From: a virus
DNA length: 64,000 nucleotides
Virus record (IMG/VR): IMGVR_UViG_3300005573_000070
Strand: one strand, 5' to 3'
The translations under genes were made by a program, and so were the position numbers. The notes under the pieces are model-generated. The model saw only the letters and a program-made list of their open reading frames with translations. It had not been told where the DNA came from and ran no database searches. Positions 37,616 through 47,746 of this stretch are shown in pieces (positions within the stretch are counted from its first letter, which is position 1; every line of letters begins with the position of its first letter).

Positions 37616-37926
37616 AATTCTTTAGGAACGGCGATCTCGTACTCTTTATATCGGAATCGGTACGTATTCTTCGTTTGGGATACCAGTCGAATTTCAGGAA
37701 AGTCAAATATTGTAAAAGAGTCCTTATACTTTTTACCAATATCTAACCGTCGAACGAAAACAGGAACGTCTTTCGGATCAACGCGGTCGAGAGTAATGAC
37801 TCGGATTTGCCGGTCCATCAAATATTGCAACGCCGCGGAACTTACAACGTAATAGTTGTCGTATATAGTTTTAACGGCATATGAGGACAAATCATAATCC
37901 GAATATACTAACCAATAGTCTTCCAT
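37591..37926 (-). CDS. hypothetical protein
   Basis: 111-aa ORF. Confidence 0.5.
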   Translation of the reverse strand: MEDYWLVYSDYDLSSYAVKTIYDNYYVVSSAALQYLMDRQIRVITLDRVDPKDVPVFVRRLDIGKKYKDSFTIFDFPEIRLVSQTKNTYRFRYKEYEIAVPKELCQDLEQL

Positions 37927-38528
37927 CCGATGTCTCCTTCCGGCAACGACCCGTACTGAGCAACGTACGAGTCAGGATCGTATCCGGATGGTAGTCGAAT
38001 AACTTCGGCCTCGAACCCGTACTGAATGAGCTTATTATAAATTTCTGCGCTCTTTACACGACCGATAGGATCACCGTCCAACATAACAAAACATTTGTCT
38101 GTAAACCGCTTAAGCAACGAAATTTGGTAAACATTGATATTTGTGCCCAGCAGAGCACAAACGTTATAAATGCCGCACGTAATAAGAGCGAAAACGTCAA
38201 ACGGACCTTCCACCAAAATGGCTCCTTTCTTGTAAATGAACGGGAACGTCTTATCGAGACCAAATAAAACATTTTTATTGAAAGGTAGCGAATCATACTT
38301 TGGTCCGGATTTAGTTAATCGTCTCAGATAAACAGATATAATATGACCGTATAAATCTCTTACAGGAAAAAGAAGGCCGGTATCGTTCAAAAATTTGGGA
38401 GGAGGATCACTTGGAAAATGACCAATAACACGACCTTTTATAAGAAGACCTATCTCAAACATCTCGGCAACTTTGTCAGATATTGCTTTCTTGGCCAAAA
38501 TTTTAGAGAATAATTCTTCGGGGGTCAT
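37908..38528 (-). CDS. dnaG: DNA primase catalytic/TOPRIM part
   Basis: FPV, PKY, LVEGPFD, DGDPIG, DPD motifs; no Zn-binding domain. Confidence 0.85.
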   Translation of the reverse strand: MTPEELFSKILAKKAISDKVAEMFEIGLLIKGRVIGHFPSDPPPKFLNDTGLLFPVRDLYGHIISVYLRRLTKSGPKYDSLPFNKNVLFGLDKTFPFIYKKGAILVEGPFDVFALITCGIYNVCALLGTNINVYQISLLKRFTDKCFVMLDGDPIGRVKSAEIYNKLIQYGFEAEVIRLPSGYDPDSYVAQYGSLPEGDIGWKTIG

Positions 38529-39262
38529 GATATTATACGTTTGAAATTATCAATGTTTCTCTTTGCGAGGTTAAGTTGTTCTTTGCTCAACCGGAGATCA
38601 AAAAACGCAGGGGGTCTTCCTTCTTTTATGGACTTGTCAGTAAACTCTTTCCCGTAAACAGCCAAAGCAACAGGCATAGATGTATCAATAGATTCGATAC
38701 TAAGATATTTCTTGTACTCGTACAGGAAACTTGACCGATATAAACCCAGTAAATGTATCTTCTTATTGGGCTCAGCGTTTACGATAGATTGTACCTTTTT
38801 GAGTCTGAGATCTTCGGATTCGAATAACGGGCCTGGTATGTAAAAAGAAACACCTATCATATCGTATGGAAATCCCCTCATTTTGTAGTAACACATCAAA
38901 TATTCGGAATAAGTAGTTCCTTGAGGAACGACCATGGTCTTGACACCTTTTAGATTAGGTCTTTTTGTAAATTCTTTATAAAATTCTTCTGTTACTTTCA
39001 AGGTTTCGTCAGCATCTCCTAGAACGTCCGGAACAACTATTACGTCCGCTTTAATCTCCTCGGCAACATCACACACCTGACTAGCCGGTACGGACCTCTT
39101 CAGCTCATATGCCGAATTATCCAAAATCTTGAACTTGTTACTAGACATGACATAGCTTTTATACAACGAATTTTCGCACAAGTGGCTAAGTACAAAGAGA
39201 TAATCTTGGTACTCATCAAAATCGTAGAGATGCGCTAATGGCGCCTCGAACGAAACTTTCAT
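38525..39262 (-). CDS. TGT/DpdA-like TIM-barrel protein, putative DNA deazaguanine transglycosylase
   Basis: ILDNSAYE, PD, QG, HLLG, SIDTS motifs; directly downstream of queC. Confidence 0.55.
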   Translation of the reverse strand: MKVSFEAPLAHLYDFDEYQDYLFVLSHLCENSLYKSYVMSSNKFKILDNSAYELKRSVPASQVCDVAEEIKADVIVVPDVLGDADETLKVTEEFYKEFTKRPNLKGVKTMVVPQGTTYSEYLMCYYKMRGFPYDMIGVSFYIPGPLFESEDLRLKKVQSIVNAEPNKKIHLLGLYRSSFLYEYKKYLSIESIDTSMPVALAVYGKEFTDKSIKEGRPPAFFDLRLSKEQLNLAKRNIDNFKRIIS

Positions 39263-39263
39263 T

Positions 39264-40115
39264 TTAGCCTTCCTCCTGAAATTTAAAAATTGGGAATGTT
39301 AATTGGTTATCGATCAGGTCCTTTAACTCGAGCATGATCTTGTCAAAAACTTCTTTATAAGTAATGTTAAGATTGTATGTTTTAATAAGTTCGGGCCAGT
39401 TTATTTCGGTGTTGTACCTGATCGGGTCAACTAGTCCGGCTTGTGCAAAAGCTAAAATACGTTCCTGACTGGTTGGGTTGGAACTATCCGCGATTAAGTT
39501 TTTCTCGTCAACAACGGCATATGACGACCACGTTTTAGAATAATCGACGCCCAGACCGGTTCCAAGTACGACAACTTCACATTTCTTGAGATTAATAAAC
39601 GGAGCAATAACTTTTATCCTATTTCTGCGGTTAAGTTTTGTGATATTGTTGATCGCTTCAACATATTCCGGAGTACAGTCCCAGTAACCATAAACATCTC
39701 GCAACTGCGCACCATAGTACACAACATTACATCCAACAGCTTCAGCATAAGATAAACAGATACTTAGTAAAACAGTATTCCTAAAAGGAACGTAGGTAAT
39801 GGGTTGGTCTTCGTTACCTTTGATCTCCTCCAAAGTAGGAACCTTTACATCGTTACTAACCAAAGCTGTGCTCTTGCCAAGCAGGTCCTTCATAAAAGAA
39901 ACGTCAATTATTTTGTGATCATGAACTTCAACCCCAATTGATTCGCCTATTTTCTTAAGTTCGTTTATTTGATGTTTGGCCATTTCTAGTTCTATTTTGT
40001 GCTTCTGACCGTAGTAGAATGACACTGGGTATATTTCGTTTCGTAACTCCTTGACAACGAAATGCACCAAAGTCGTTGAGTCTAAACCGCCAGATATTGA
40101 AACTACTGCTTTCAT
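39264..40115 (-). CDS. queC: 7-cyano-7-deazaguanine synthase
   Basis: SGGLDS PP-loop, YGQKH, TYVPFRN, YWDC.PEY. Confidence 0.92.
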   Translation of the reverse strand: MKAVVSISGGLDSTTLVHFVVKELRNEIYPVSFYYGQKHKIELEMAKHQINELKKIGESIGVEVHDHKIIDVSFMKDLLGKSTALVSNDVKVPTLEEIKGNEDQPITYVPFRNTVLLSICLSYAEAVGCNVVYYGAQLRDVYGYWDCTPEYVEAINNITKLNRRNRIKVIAPFINLKKCEVVVLGTGLGVDYSKTWSSYAVVDEKNLIADSSNPTSQERILAFAQAGLVDPIRYNTEINWPELIKTYNLNITYKEVFDKIMLELKDLIDNQLTFPIFKFQEEG

Positions 40116-40116
40116 A

Positions 40117-40827
40117 TTACTTTACCTCCTTTCTTTTATTAACTGGTGTCCGCTCTTGAGGAATCGACCAAGTCACAATCTCGAGACCGTTTATAGAAAA
40201 AAGATTGTTACCAAAGAATATCCTTGTCTGATTCAGACCTGAATCGTTGATAGCTTCTTCAAAAGTGGTGTACTCCTTCTCGGAAAGAATAATGCACGGT
40301 ATTTTCCCGGATTTCATATCATTTTTTGAATAAAGCGAATTCGTATGTCCATGACATGGTTCATAAATGTTCAACTTATAAGGAACTAGAACTGTTACAA
40401 CTCCCTCGACAAACTCGTTGTAAACTGGACTTGCATTATGTTCGTACGGAACGGCGTCCCAATCATCACCAGACTGCGGACCATTTTTACCTAAATAAAA
40501 TGTAATATAGCTCCTTTTGACCTCAAAATCAATTATTTCTTTGTCTTTCAACGTTTCTGGAATCTGTAGTTCGTACAAAACAAGGGCCTCTTTCAGGTAA
40601 TATTTTTTGAACTTTTCCGAAGACTCGTAGTAAACGTTAGTGCTGTAAATGACGTTAACAACATTTATGCCCGGGTTTAGTTTCAACCAGTTGTTGACCA
40701 TTTCATCGAGGGCCAAGTTACCTTTTGATAAATTGTCTTCTTTGACAACGAAAGATTTAACGAAACAATTTTTTACGATTTGACCGTTTATAAGCATAAC
40801 ACTACTGCGCCCTCCTCTTGAGCTCAT
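40117..40827 (-). CDS. two-domain hypothetical protein
   Basis: 236 aa; C-terminal GDDWD..PYEHNA motif. Confidence 0.5.
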   Translation of the reverse strand: MSSRGGRSSVMLINGQIVKNCFVKSFVVKEDNLSKGNLALDEMVNNWLKLNPGINVVNVIYSTNVYYESSEKFKKYYLKEALVLYELQIPETLKDKEIIDFEVKRSYITFYLGKNGPQSGDDWDAVPYEHNASPVYNEFVEGVVTVLVPYKLNIYEPCHGHTNSLYSKNDMKSGKIPCIILSEKEYTTFEEAINDSGLNQTRIFFGNNLFSINGLEIVTWSIPQERTPVNKRKEVK

Positions 40828-41104
40828 TTTCTATTTCCTTCTTTAGAAACTGCAAAAATTCCGTCCTTTGGTTCTTAAAGAATTCTTCAAAAAACACGAG
40901 GTCGTTTCTGACAATTTTCTGTTCAACAACTTCTTTCATGCGAACAGCTTGCATTAAGACCCACCCCACAAGATCAACTAACTCCTCTTCCCATTCCCGA
41001 GACATGTCGTTCAACAGGTACGCATCCTTATATTTCTTACTACTTTTTTCGACCTTCTTGACAACTTTCTGTAACAAATCCTTGAAAATCTTCCTGTTAT
41101 ACAT
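40802..41104 (-). CDS. all-alpha protein, possible MazG-like NTP pyrophosphohydrolase
   Basis: KKY...EWEEELVD pattern; lies among nucleotide-modification genes. Confidence 0.3.
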   Translation of the reverse strand: MYNRKIFKDLLQKVVKKVEKSSKKYKDAYLLNDMSREWEEELVDLVGWVLMQAVRMKEVVEQKIVRNDLVFFEEFFKNQRTEFLQFLKKEIENELKRRAQ

Positions 41105-41116
41105 AGGACCCCCTCC

Positions 41117-41971
41117 TTATACAAACCCGCGGTTGCTCTTGTACCACCTGTTTCCTTTTTTGACACGACCAATATACGCGATCGCGTTGTGTTTATGAAT
41201 CGATTCAAAACTCACCACTTTAACACGGAACCATTTAACGTTCTTAAGCCCCGATAATTTGTCAGCGACCCTTCTTGCAAGTCCTTCTACAAAAACAGGG
41301 TTATCATAAGCGTGTTCTGTAACGTATTTCTCGTCCGGTCTTTTAAGGATAGCGTAAACGGGTGAACTCGCTGACTGCTCCGCAATATCAATTAATGTTT
41401 CAAAGTAAACACCAGGAACTTTAGAAACTTCGACTTGTATTGTTACCTCGGCGCGCTGGTTGTGCGCACCCTTCCCAATCTGTTTTTCATGATCGACTAA
41501 ACACATTGCCCGAGAGCACGGACAAACCGTTTGCACTGGAACTGTTACTTGGACAAAATGACGATACGGCGGATAAATTACTGTTATTGCGGAATCGTAA
41601 ACAAGAACTGCTTTCTTCTTAGTTACCGGCGCAATAGATGGTCTTGCAAACCCAAAAGAAAACTTCATATATATATCTTCCAACCCAAGACGATCTCTCA
41701 ACCGCTTCGCCATCCCTTTAAAAGATCGAGGTGATAGAAACTTCCCCGAATGCTCAAACAAAACTTCCGGTAACCGAGACATATCCACACCTTTACGGGT
41801 GCGCGGTAACCTCGCGTAAGCATCAACTCGAGCAAGAACGTGGCTAACCACAAGATCTTGAGCCGAACTGTAAATCAGTGACAGCGGAACTTCCACGTTT
41901 GATACACCTGCTTTGTCGACGACCATTCTTATAGGGTCTGGTTTATGTTGTTCGTCAACAAGTTCCTTCAT
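41117..41971 (-). CDS. folE2: GTP cyclohydrolase IB
   Basis: KGVDMSR, CPCS, HNQR, KRPDE, NPVFVE, ESIH.HNA. Confidence 0.92.
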   Translation of the reverse strand: MKELVDEQHKPDPIRMVVDKAGVSNVEVPLSLIYSSAQDLVVSHVLARVDAYARLPRTRKGVDMSRLPEVLFEHSGKFLSPRSFKGMAKRLRDRLGLEDIYMKFSFGFARPSIAPVTKKKAVLVYDSAITVIYPPYRHFVQVTVPVQTVCPCSRAMCLVDHEKQIGKGAHNQRAEVTIQVEVSKVPGVYFETLIDIAEQSASSPVYAILKRPDEKYVTEHAYDNPVFVEGLARRVADKLSGLKNVKWFRVKVVSFESIHKHNAIAYIGRVKKGNRWYKSNRGFV

Positions 41972-44346
41972 AGACTGACCTCCTTCAGCTTGGTCCTAAA
42001 TTCTGATGGGTTACCGAGTTCGGCGGTCGACCCTAAACGATATCCTATTTCACAGTCAAACGGGATGTCTACGAAAAATCCTTTTATACGCTTTCCCAAA
42101 ATACCAAACATTATAGTTAGCGCTTCCTCACCTTTGTCTTCCGGAATCTCGTATGTAAGAGAATCATGAACAGTTAGTACTAGATAACAGCCTAAGTGCT
42201 TGATTTTTTCATAGACTAAAGCGCCTTTGAACATGGTATAATCGGCCACGGTACTCTGTGGTAAAAAGTTAAGAGCTTGGCGTTCTTCAGAAGCCCGGAC
42301 CTCAAAATCTGACGAGTTTATACCTGGGAACCTGCGAATTCGTCCGAAAAAGTTCTGGAGATACCCGCGCTGTTTCGCGATCGCAATTACTTCCTTACAG
42401 AACTGGTATGTCTTTGGAAAGGATCTAAAGAACGAATCTATAATACCTTGGGCTTCCTCAATGGACATATTATGTTCTTCGGCTATAGATTTTGCTCTCC
42501 GGCCGTACATGATCCCGTACACTACAAATTTTGCAAGCCTTCGACGCTCATCATCAACTTCCTCGACCGGAATATGAAACACCAAAGAAGCAATGACTTT
42601 GAGAGGATCATATCCACTCTCGAATGCCTCCTTCAGTTTGTCATCTTTCGCGTAATGGCAAAGGGCTCGGAGTTCGGCCTGCTTAAAATCAATGCTTGCT
42701 AGAAAGTATCCTTTTTCTGAGATAAAGACGTCCTTAACCTCTTTATCTCTCGGAATGTTCTGGAGATTTGGTTCGCGGCTAGCAAGACGACCAGTAGTAG
42801 TCCCAACTAACGTATAATTTGTGTGTAACCGATTATTGCTGTCACACAATTCGAGGAAGTTCTTAAAGTACGTGCTTAGTAACTTTTTCTTTTTGCGGTA
42901 ATCTAGTATCAGATCTATTACCGGATGGTAGTTACGTAACTTCTCAAGGGTAAATGTATCGGTTGACGGGTTTCCAGATGATGTTTTATAAAATGCGGGT
43001 AGCTTCAACTTCTCATAAAGAACTTTTGATAGGTCTCGAACCGAGTTAATATTAATCTTTTCACCGATCAAGTCAAAAATGCGCTGTTCGATCATACTAA
43101 GATCCTGCTCATATTGCGAGGACAGCTGTTTAACGTAATCAATATCTATCTTAACGCCATGTATTCGTGTATCAACGAGCATCTGTATAGTTGGAATATT
43201 TAACTTGAGGTGAAGTTTCGCGAGAGAATCCGGCAACAGCTTTACCATTTCTTGGTATAAAAGAAACGTTGCGTGGGCATCTGCGCAATTATACTTGAGA
43301 ACGATATCCGTATCAACGCCACCGGGCCTATCTTCGTCAGCAAGAGCGACGTAATCACTTTCGTACCCACCTTTTCCAAGATACTTCCAAATGATGTTTT
43401 TAAGTCCATATTTTCGAGCCGTTTCGTCCAATAAATGTGCGATGATCATAGTATCGCCGTAAAGGTTTCTACATTCTATACCAAATTCTTTCTTGAGATA
43501 CATTAAGTCGAACATTGCGTTGTGAAATATCTTCTTGGATTCGTTACTAAATAACCGTTTGAGATGATCTGCGATCTGACAAAGGTCAGAATCGGACCAG
43601 TACAGCGAACCGTCTGGTTTTCTGACGGGAAATCCGAATGTAAGATCGCCAGATGAAAATGCAATCGTAAAAATTACAGATTCGTACAAAATGTCTGATG
43701 TTTCGGTGTCGCAACTCCACAACGGTTTTTGCTCCAGCAATTTTATACACCGAATAATTTCGTCCTTGTCAAAAAGCACTTTGTAACTTTCGAAGGACCA
43801 GTTATATGGATCCGCCCCACGCCATTCAACAACCCGTTTGAGTGTCTGTTCAACAATTTTCGTCTTGGAAGGGTCACGCAAAAGAGCGGCCGGATGATAA
43901 GTTGGTACGAAGATAGTACCGTTCTGTTTAAAAGGAATTCCTTCCGAATTTTGTAAATTGCGCCTGTTCCCGAGGAAACGTTTAATAGCAACGTTCCCGA
44001 GCAACAAAACAATTTTTGGTTTAACTCTGAACAGCTCTTGATCTAGTCGGGCACTACACGCTTCTATTATATCAGCAGAAGGAGCAACATTGTTGCCGTT
44101 TTCATCTGTTGGTCGGCACGCAACAACATTCGTGATAAAGCATTTGGATCGATCTATTCCAACTTTCTGTAGCAATGACGTAAGAAGTTGACCAGATCGA
44201 CCAACAAAAGGAAGTCCTTGCTTCTCCTCTTCAGCACCGGGAGCCTCTCCAACAATGACCAATTCGGCATTTACCGGTCCGGTACCAGGAACAGGTTTCT
44301 TCCCGTACAAAGGACAACCTTTACAAGTTAACGTAATTTCTTCCAT
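41968..44346 (-). CDS. polA: family A DNA polymerase with N-terminal family-4 uracil-DNA glycosylase domain and 3'-5' exonuclease
   Basis: CxxC, GEAPG, PFVGRSG, CRP, YHPA; DTET, HNAMFD; DFKQAELR, R..AK...YG..YG, VHDS. Confidence 0.93.
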   Translation of the reverse strand: MEEITLTCKGCPLYGKKPVPGTGPVNAELVIVGEAPGAEEEKQGLPFVGRSGQLLTSLLQKVGIDRSKCFITNVVACRPTDENGNNVAPSADIIEACSARLDQELFRVKPKIVLLLGNVAIKRFLGNRRNLQNSEGIPFKQNGTIFVPTYHPAALLRDPSKTKIVEQTLKRVVEWRGADPYNWSFESYKVLFDKDEIIRCIKLLEQKPLWSCDTETSDILYESVIFTIAFSSGDLTFGFPVRKPDGSLYWSDSDLCQIADHLKRLFSNESKKIFHNAMFDLMYLKKEFGIECRNLYGDTMIIAHLLDETARKYGLKNIIWKYLGKGGYESDYVALADEDRPGGVDTDIVLKYNCADAHATFLLYQEMVKLLPDSLAKLHLKLNIPTIQMLVDTRIHGVKIDIDYVKQLSSQYEQDLSMIEQRIFDLIGEKININSVRDLSKVLYEKLKLPAFYKTSSGNPSTDTFTLEKLRNYHPVIDLILDYRKKKKLLSTYFKNFLELCDSNNRLHTNYTLVGTTTGRLASREPNLQNIPRDKEVKDVFISEKGYFLASIDFKQAELRALCHYAKDDKLKEAFESGYDPLKVIASLVFHIPVEEVDDERRRLAKFVVYGIMYGRRAKSIAEEHNMSIEEAQGIIDSFFRSFPKTYQFCKEVIAIAKQRGYLQNFFGRIRRFPGINSSDFEVRASEERQALNFLPQSTVADYTMFKGALVYEKIKHLGCYLVLTVHDSLTYEIPEDKGEEALTIMFGILGKRIKGFFVDIPFDCEIGYRLGSTAELGNPSEFRTKLKEVSL

Positions 44347-44543
44347 CTCTGAACTATCTCCTTCACTTCTCTAATAAATCCTTTATGTTTATACAAAAAA
44401 GCGACACCGTCTAGTTTCTTATTCTTGTACACAATGTACCAGATCCGGAAATCCTTGGACTTCATCAAGTACTTAATAAGTTCGCGATCGTTCGTATAAA
44501 GTCCAGGAAATTTCTTATATCTAACATACACACTAAGTCTCAT
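44328..44543 (-). CDS. hypothetical protein
   Basis: 71-aa coupled ORF. Confidence 0.45.
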   Translation of the reverse strand: MRLSVYVRYKKFPGLYTNDRELIKYLMKSKDFRIWYIVYKNKKLDGVAFLYKHKGFIREVKEIVQRWKKLR

Positions 44544-45061
44544 TTATGAACCTTCTCGAGTTTCTTAATCAGAGTATCAAGTTTTACGACAAGAAACTTA
44601 CCACATAAAGAGTGCTCTTGTAACGTGCGATGGTAAAGTATAAAACTTTTTCTGGACTTCTTGACCGTACTTGACACCTTGATCGGTTCGCCGAAGATCG
44701 ATTCGTAATCACTTTTACGGACGCAACACCAAATCCGGTCCTTCTTTACACCTTTGAATGAAAACACTAGTAATGGGACCTTATTCGCTTTCGAAGCTTC
44801 TTCCTCGAGTTTCGGAAACCATTCGGCGTTAAGTCTAAAGACGGGTCCCTTCTTCGACAACGTCTTCCGGGACTTGCACTCTATCAAGAATTGGAAGGGT
44901 AAAAAGGGAACGTTCGTAATAATATCGCCTTTGAGACCTCGGATACTCCCAGATTGTGGTACTCTAAATGTTCTTTCGGACAATGGACTATTTCGATCTT
45001 GTTTGGCAAACCGTAAAAAGACCTCCTCAATCTCATGCTCAAGAGCGTATCCTTTGTTCAT
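44540..45061 (-). CDS. Holliday junction resolvase (Hjc-like PD-(D/E)xK)
   Basis: G...E, RVPQSG, GD, IECK. Confidence 0.75.
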   Translation of the reverse strand: MNKGYALEHEIEEVFLRFAKQDRNSPLSERTFRVPQSGSIRGLKGDIITNVPFLPFQFLIECKSRKTLSKKGPVFRLNAEWFPKLEEEASKANKVPLLVFSFKGVKKDRIWCCVRKSDYESIFGEPIKVSSTVKKSRKSFILYHRTLQEHSLCGKFLVVKLDTLIKKLEKVHK

Positions 45062-45636
45062 AGTATTATTGATCTTGTTCCATCAGAACTAACGTGTATT
45101 ATCTTGTCTGAGAATTCTGCGACTCGTTCTTGATGTGTAATAAGGATAATCTGTGTATCAAACTTTTGTGAAAAAGTCTTGAGTAATAATCCAAACTGCG
45201 ATTGGTACTCTTTACTAATATTACTGCCCACCTCATCAAGAATAAAAGGAAACTTGTTTGGTAAATAATTTGAGAGAATAAATCGTAATACGGTAGATAC
45301 TGTGTTACGAATACCACCACCAAAACACAATAAACTCCTAAAATGATCCTCTTTACCAATTTTAAAAACATAACCTGGACGACCTGCACTTGAAACGTCT
45401 TCGACCTTAAAAGACAATCCTTCCTGATAAATAGATGATAAACTTTCAGTTACAAGTTGTTCAATTGTTGTTTTTATATTTTCGTTACCAACAACAATAG
45501 ATTGAGCAAGCACGTTCTTAACCTTATATAAAAGGGCGAGATAATCGCGACGTTGTACAATTTGCTCAGATAATTCTTTGTATTTCTTTTCAAGAAGTTC
45601 TCTTTTTAACTTTAGTTGTGAAATAATATTTTTCAT
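45058..45636 (-). CDS. sbcC: Rad50/SbcC C-terminal part
   Basis: Signature-like FGGG, Walker B ILDE, ITHQ. Confidence 0.85.
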   Translation of the reverse strand: MKNIISQLKLKRELLEKKYKELSEQIVQRRDYLALLYKVKNVLAQSIVVGNENIKTTIEQLVTESLSSIYQEGLSFKVEDVSSAGRPGYVFKIGKEDHFRSLLCFGGGIRNTVSTVLRFILSNYLPNKFPFILDEVGSNISKEYQSQFGLLLKTFSQKFDTQIILITHQERVAEFSDKIIHVSSDGTRSIIL

Positions 45637-45638
45637 AG

Positions 45639-45902
45639 TTAGATATTGAGGGACTCTAGATACTTTTCGAAAATTTGTTTTATCTCTGCAACTTTAGCTG
45701 AAATTTTTTCGATCTTTTTTCGGTTTTGTTCAATAACCTGGTCAATCTGATCGAAAGAAACGCCTCTTTTTTCGAGTTCATTAATATATCTTTCTTTTTC
45801 CTTTTCGAGAACTGATAAAGTTGTTTGTAAAGAAACTTTCTTTTCTTTTAACTTAACAATTTCGTTTCTTAAACCAATGATTTCTCCGTATTCCTTATCC
45901 AT
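45639..45902 (-). CDS. small coiled-coil protein
   Basis: 87 aa with heptad pattern. Confidence 0.55.
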   Translation of the reverse strand: MDKEYGEIIGLRNEIVKLKEKKVSLQTTLSVLEKEKERYINELEKRGVSFDQIDQVIEQNRKKIEKISAKVAEIKQIFEKYLESLNI

Positions 45903-46759
45903 GTAAAAGTTTCCTCCTTAACTTTATTATCATTGGGATACAACCGGTTCAAAATCTCTTCAATGACATCATCTATTTTGTAAAAAGAACGAGTTTCTTG
46001 TTTACCAAATTTAGATACTAAACTGACAGTTTCTTGTTCAAATGTTCTAACAGTAAAAGGCACATCTGGAAAAACATTTTTCTTAAACTTAAACGAAAAT
46101 GCCGTCGGATCAAAAACAACTTCCAAAAATCCGGATTCGTTATATTCAGACGAATCAATTCTCATTAAAGGACCTGGATTGAAAAAAGCACAGTTCTCAT
46201 ACACTTCATAAAATGAAAAATGAAGATCACCACATAAGAATATACATTGATCTATTTTGTCTACCAAATCAGAAATTAAAGTCACTTTATAGGGAAGCGG
46301 TTTTGGTGAAATAAGGTTATGAGTTACAACCAAACAATTCTTAAGACCCTTATATAAATCAGGAGTATGATTTTTTGTGGGGTAAACAACATAAAAAGAA
46401 ACGTTGTCAATAATGTTAAGACCTGGGTTAAGAATTTTAACCAAACCAGCGCTCGCTAAAGTTCCAATAGAGGCCCAACGAATACTTTTTGGCTCGTACC
46501 CAACTAGATCGTGATTCCCCGGAACTATATAAATCCTTTTTCCAAATTGTCTAAATAAATCTATTACCTGATTTAGAAAATTAACGTCGTCACAAACATA
46601 TGTATCGAAAAGGTCGCCCCCGTGTAAAATAAAATCGACTTTACTGGACAAAATCGTTGAAACACGATCTGTTATAATATTTCCAAAATTGTTAATTTCA
46701 ATAGATTGCGAAGGTAAACTTTTAAGATGCCAGTCAGTTGTATAAATAAATGAGACCAT
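45869..46759 (-). CDS. sbcD: Mre11/SbcD nuclease
   Basis: DWH, GDLFD, GNHD, GDLH, NPG. Confidence 0.88.
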   Translation of the reverse strand: MVSFIYTTDWHLKSLPSQSIEINNFGNIITDRVSTILSSKVDFILHGGDLFDTYVCDDVNFLNQVIDLFRQFGKRIYIVPGNHDLVGYEPKSIRWASIGTLASAGLVKILNPGLNIIDNVSFYVVYPTKNHTPDLYKGLKNCLVVTHNLISPKPLPYKVTLISDLVDKIDQCIFLCGDLHFSFYEVYENCAFFNPGPLMRIDSSEYNESGFLEVVFDPTAFSFKFKKNVFPDVPFTVRTFEQETVSLVSKFGKQETRSFYKIDDVIEEILNRLYPNDNKVKEETFTWIRNTEKSLV

Positions 46760-46768
46760 GAATCCTCC

Positions 46769-47746
46769 TTAAATAAGATCTTGAAATATATAATCTATAG
46801 AGGAACTATCTAAATGAGAACCACACAATGGACAAATTCCTTTCTCCTTAAGTAACGTTATCAAACTTGTTATTTTATCGTCAATCTCTGAAATAGTATT
46901 TTTCAAAAGAGTTTGGTTCCTTTCGATACTAACATCAACTCTTTGAATATCCCCATAAGCATTAAGAAGATTAAGAAAATTTTCACAAGTTTGATAATAA
47001 CTATCAAAATCTACGGAACCGAGCTTATCGAGAATATCTTGAACTTTGGCAATTCGGTTATCCAAGTTTCTGATCGTTTCTTTGTAAAATGAAAAAGTTT
47101 TATTTTGTTCTTGAAGATCGACTATTTTCTTTTCAAGTTTTTCAAGTTTATCAACAAGAGCTTCTAGTTTATCAAGAACCCGAAGTTTCTTAAGATCTTG
47201 TTCAATATCTCTCTTTTCGCGTTCAGTCTGTTCAATTTCTTCATTAACTTTCCTAATTTCAAGAGATACGTTCTTAATTGTCTCATTAAGAAGATTTAGA
47301 CCAGTAATCTTTCCGATATAAGAACTACGAACTGTAGATGGTTCATGAATTAGAAAAGAATTATTATCTTGAAATCCTATAAAAGCTAAATAATCATCAA
47401 GATCGGACATATTTAACAAATTCTTTATTTCGTCGGGATAACTTTTACCAAAATTGTCAAATTTATATTCCTGACCATCTTTCCTGACAATAACAGAATT
47501 AACGGTCTCGCCACGAATTCGTTCTATCGTAAAAGAATCGGTTTCTACAATAACTTTACAAAGATCGGTACCTTTTCGAATAAAACCGGGGTCCCATTCG
47601 TTAAACAGAGCAAACAAAATTGCATTAAAAATGGCAGTTTTACCAACGTTAGTAGGACCAACAATACAGTTAAAATTCGGGTTAAATTCTACAACTGTAT
47701 TTTCGTGAGATTCAAAGTTTTCTAGTTGAATTTTTAAGATTTTCAT
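46769..47746 (-). CDS. sbcC: Rad50/SbcC N-terminal part ending at the Zn hook
   Basis: NFESH, Walker A GPTNVGKT, coiled coil, CPLCG. Confidence 0.88.
   Translation of the reverse strand: MKILKIQLENFESHENTVVEFNPNFNCIVGPTNVGKTAIFNAILFALFNEWDPGFIRKGTDLCKVIVETDSFTIERIRGETVNSVIVRKDGQEYKFDNFGKSYPDEIKNLLNMSDLDDYLAFIGFQDNNSFLIHEPSTVRSSYIGKITGLNLLNETIKNVSLEIRKVNEEIEQTEREKRDIEQDLKKLRVLDKLEALVDKLEKLEKKIVDLQEQNKTFSFYKETIRNLDNRIAKVQDILDKLGSVDFDSYYQTCENFLNLLNAYGDIQRVDVSIERNQTLLKNTISEIDDKITSLITLLKEKGICPLCGSHLDSSSIDYIFQDLI

Noticed and set aside
40117-40827. Candidate for the missing QueD
   Set aside because: No HGH-type Zn motif in a T-fold context; size and pattern do not fit.
34266-44346. Inteins or introns in terL or polA
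   Set aside because: Lengths are normal and motifs are contiguous; no intein boundary motifs seen.
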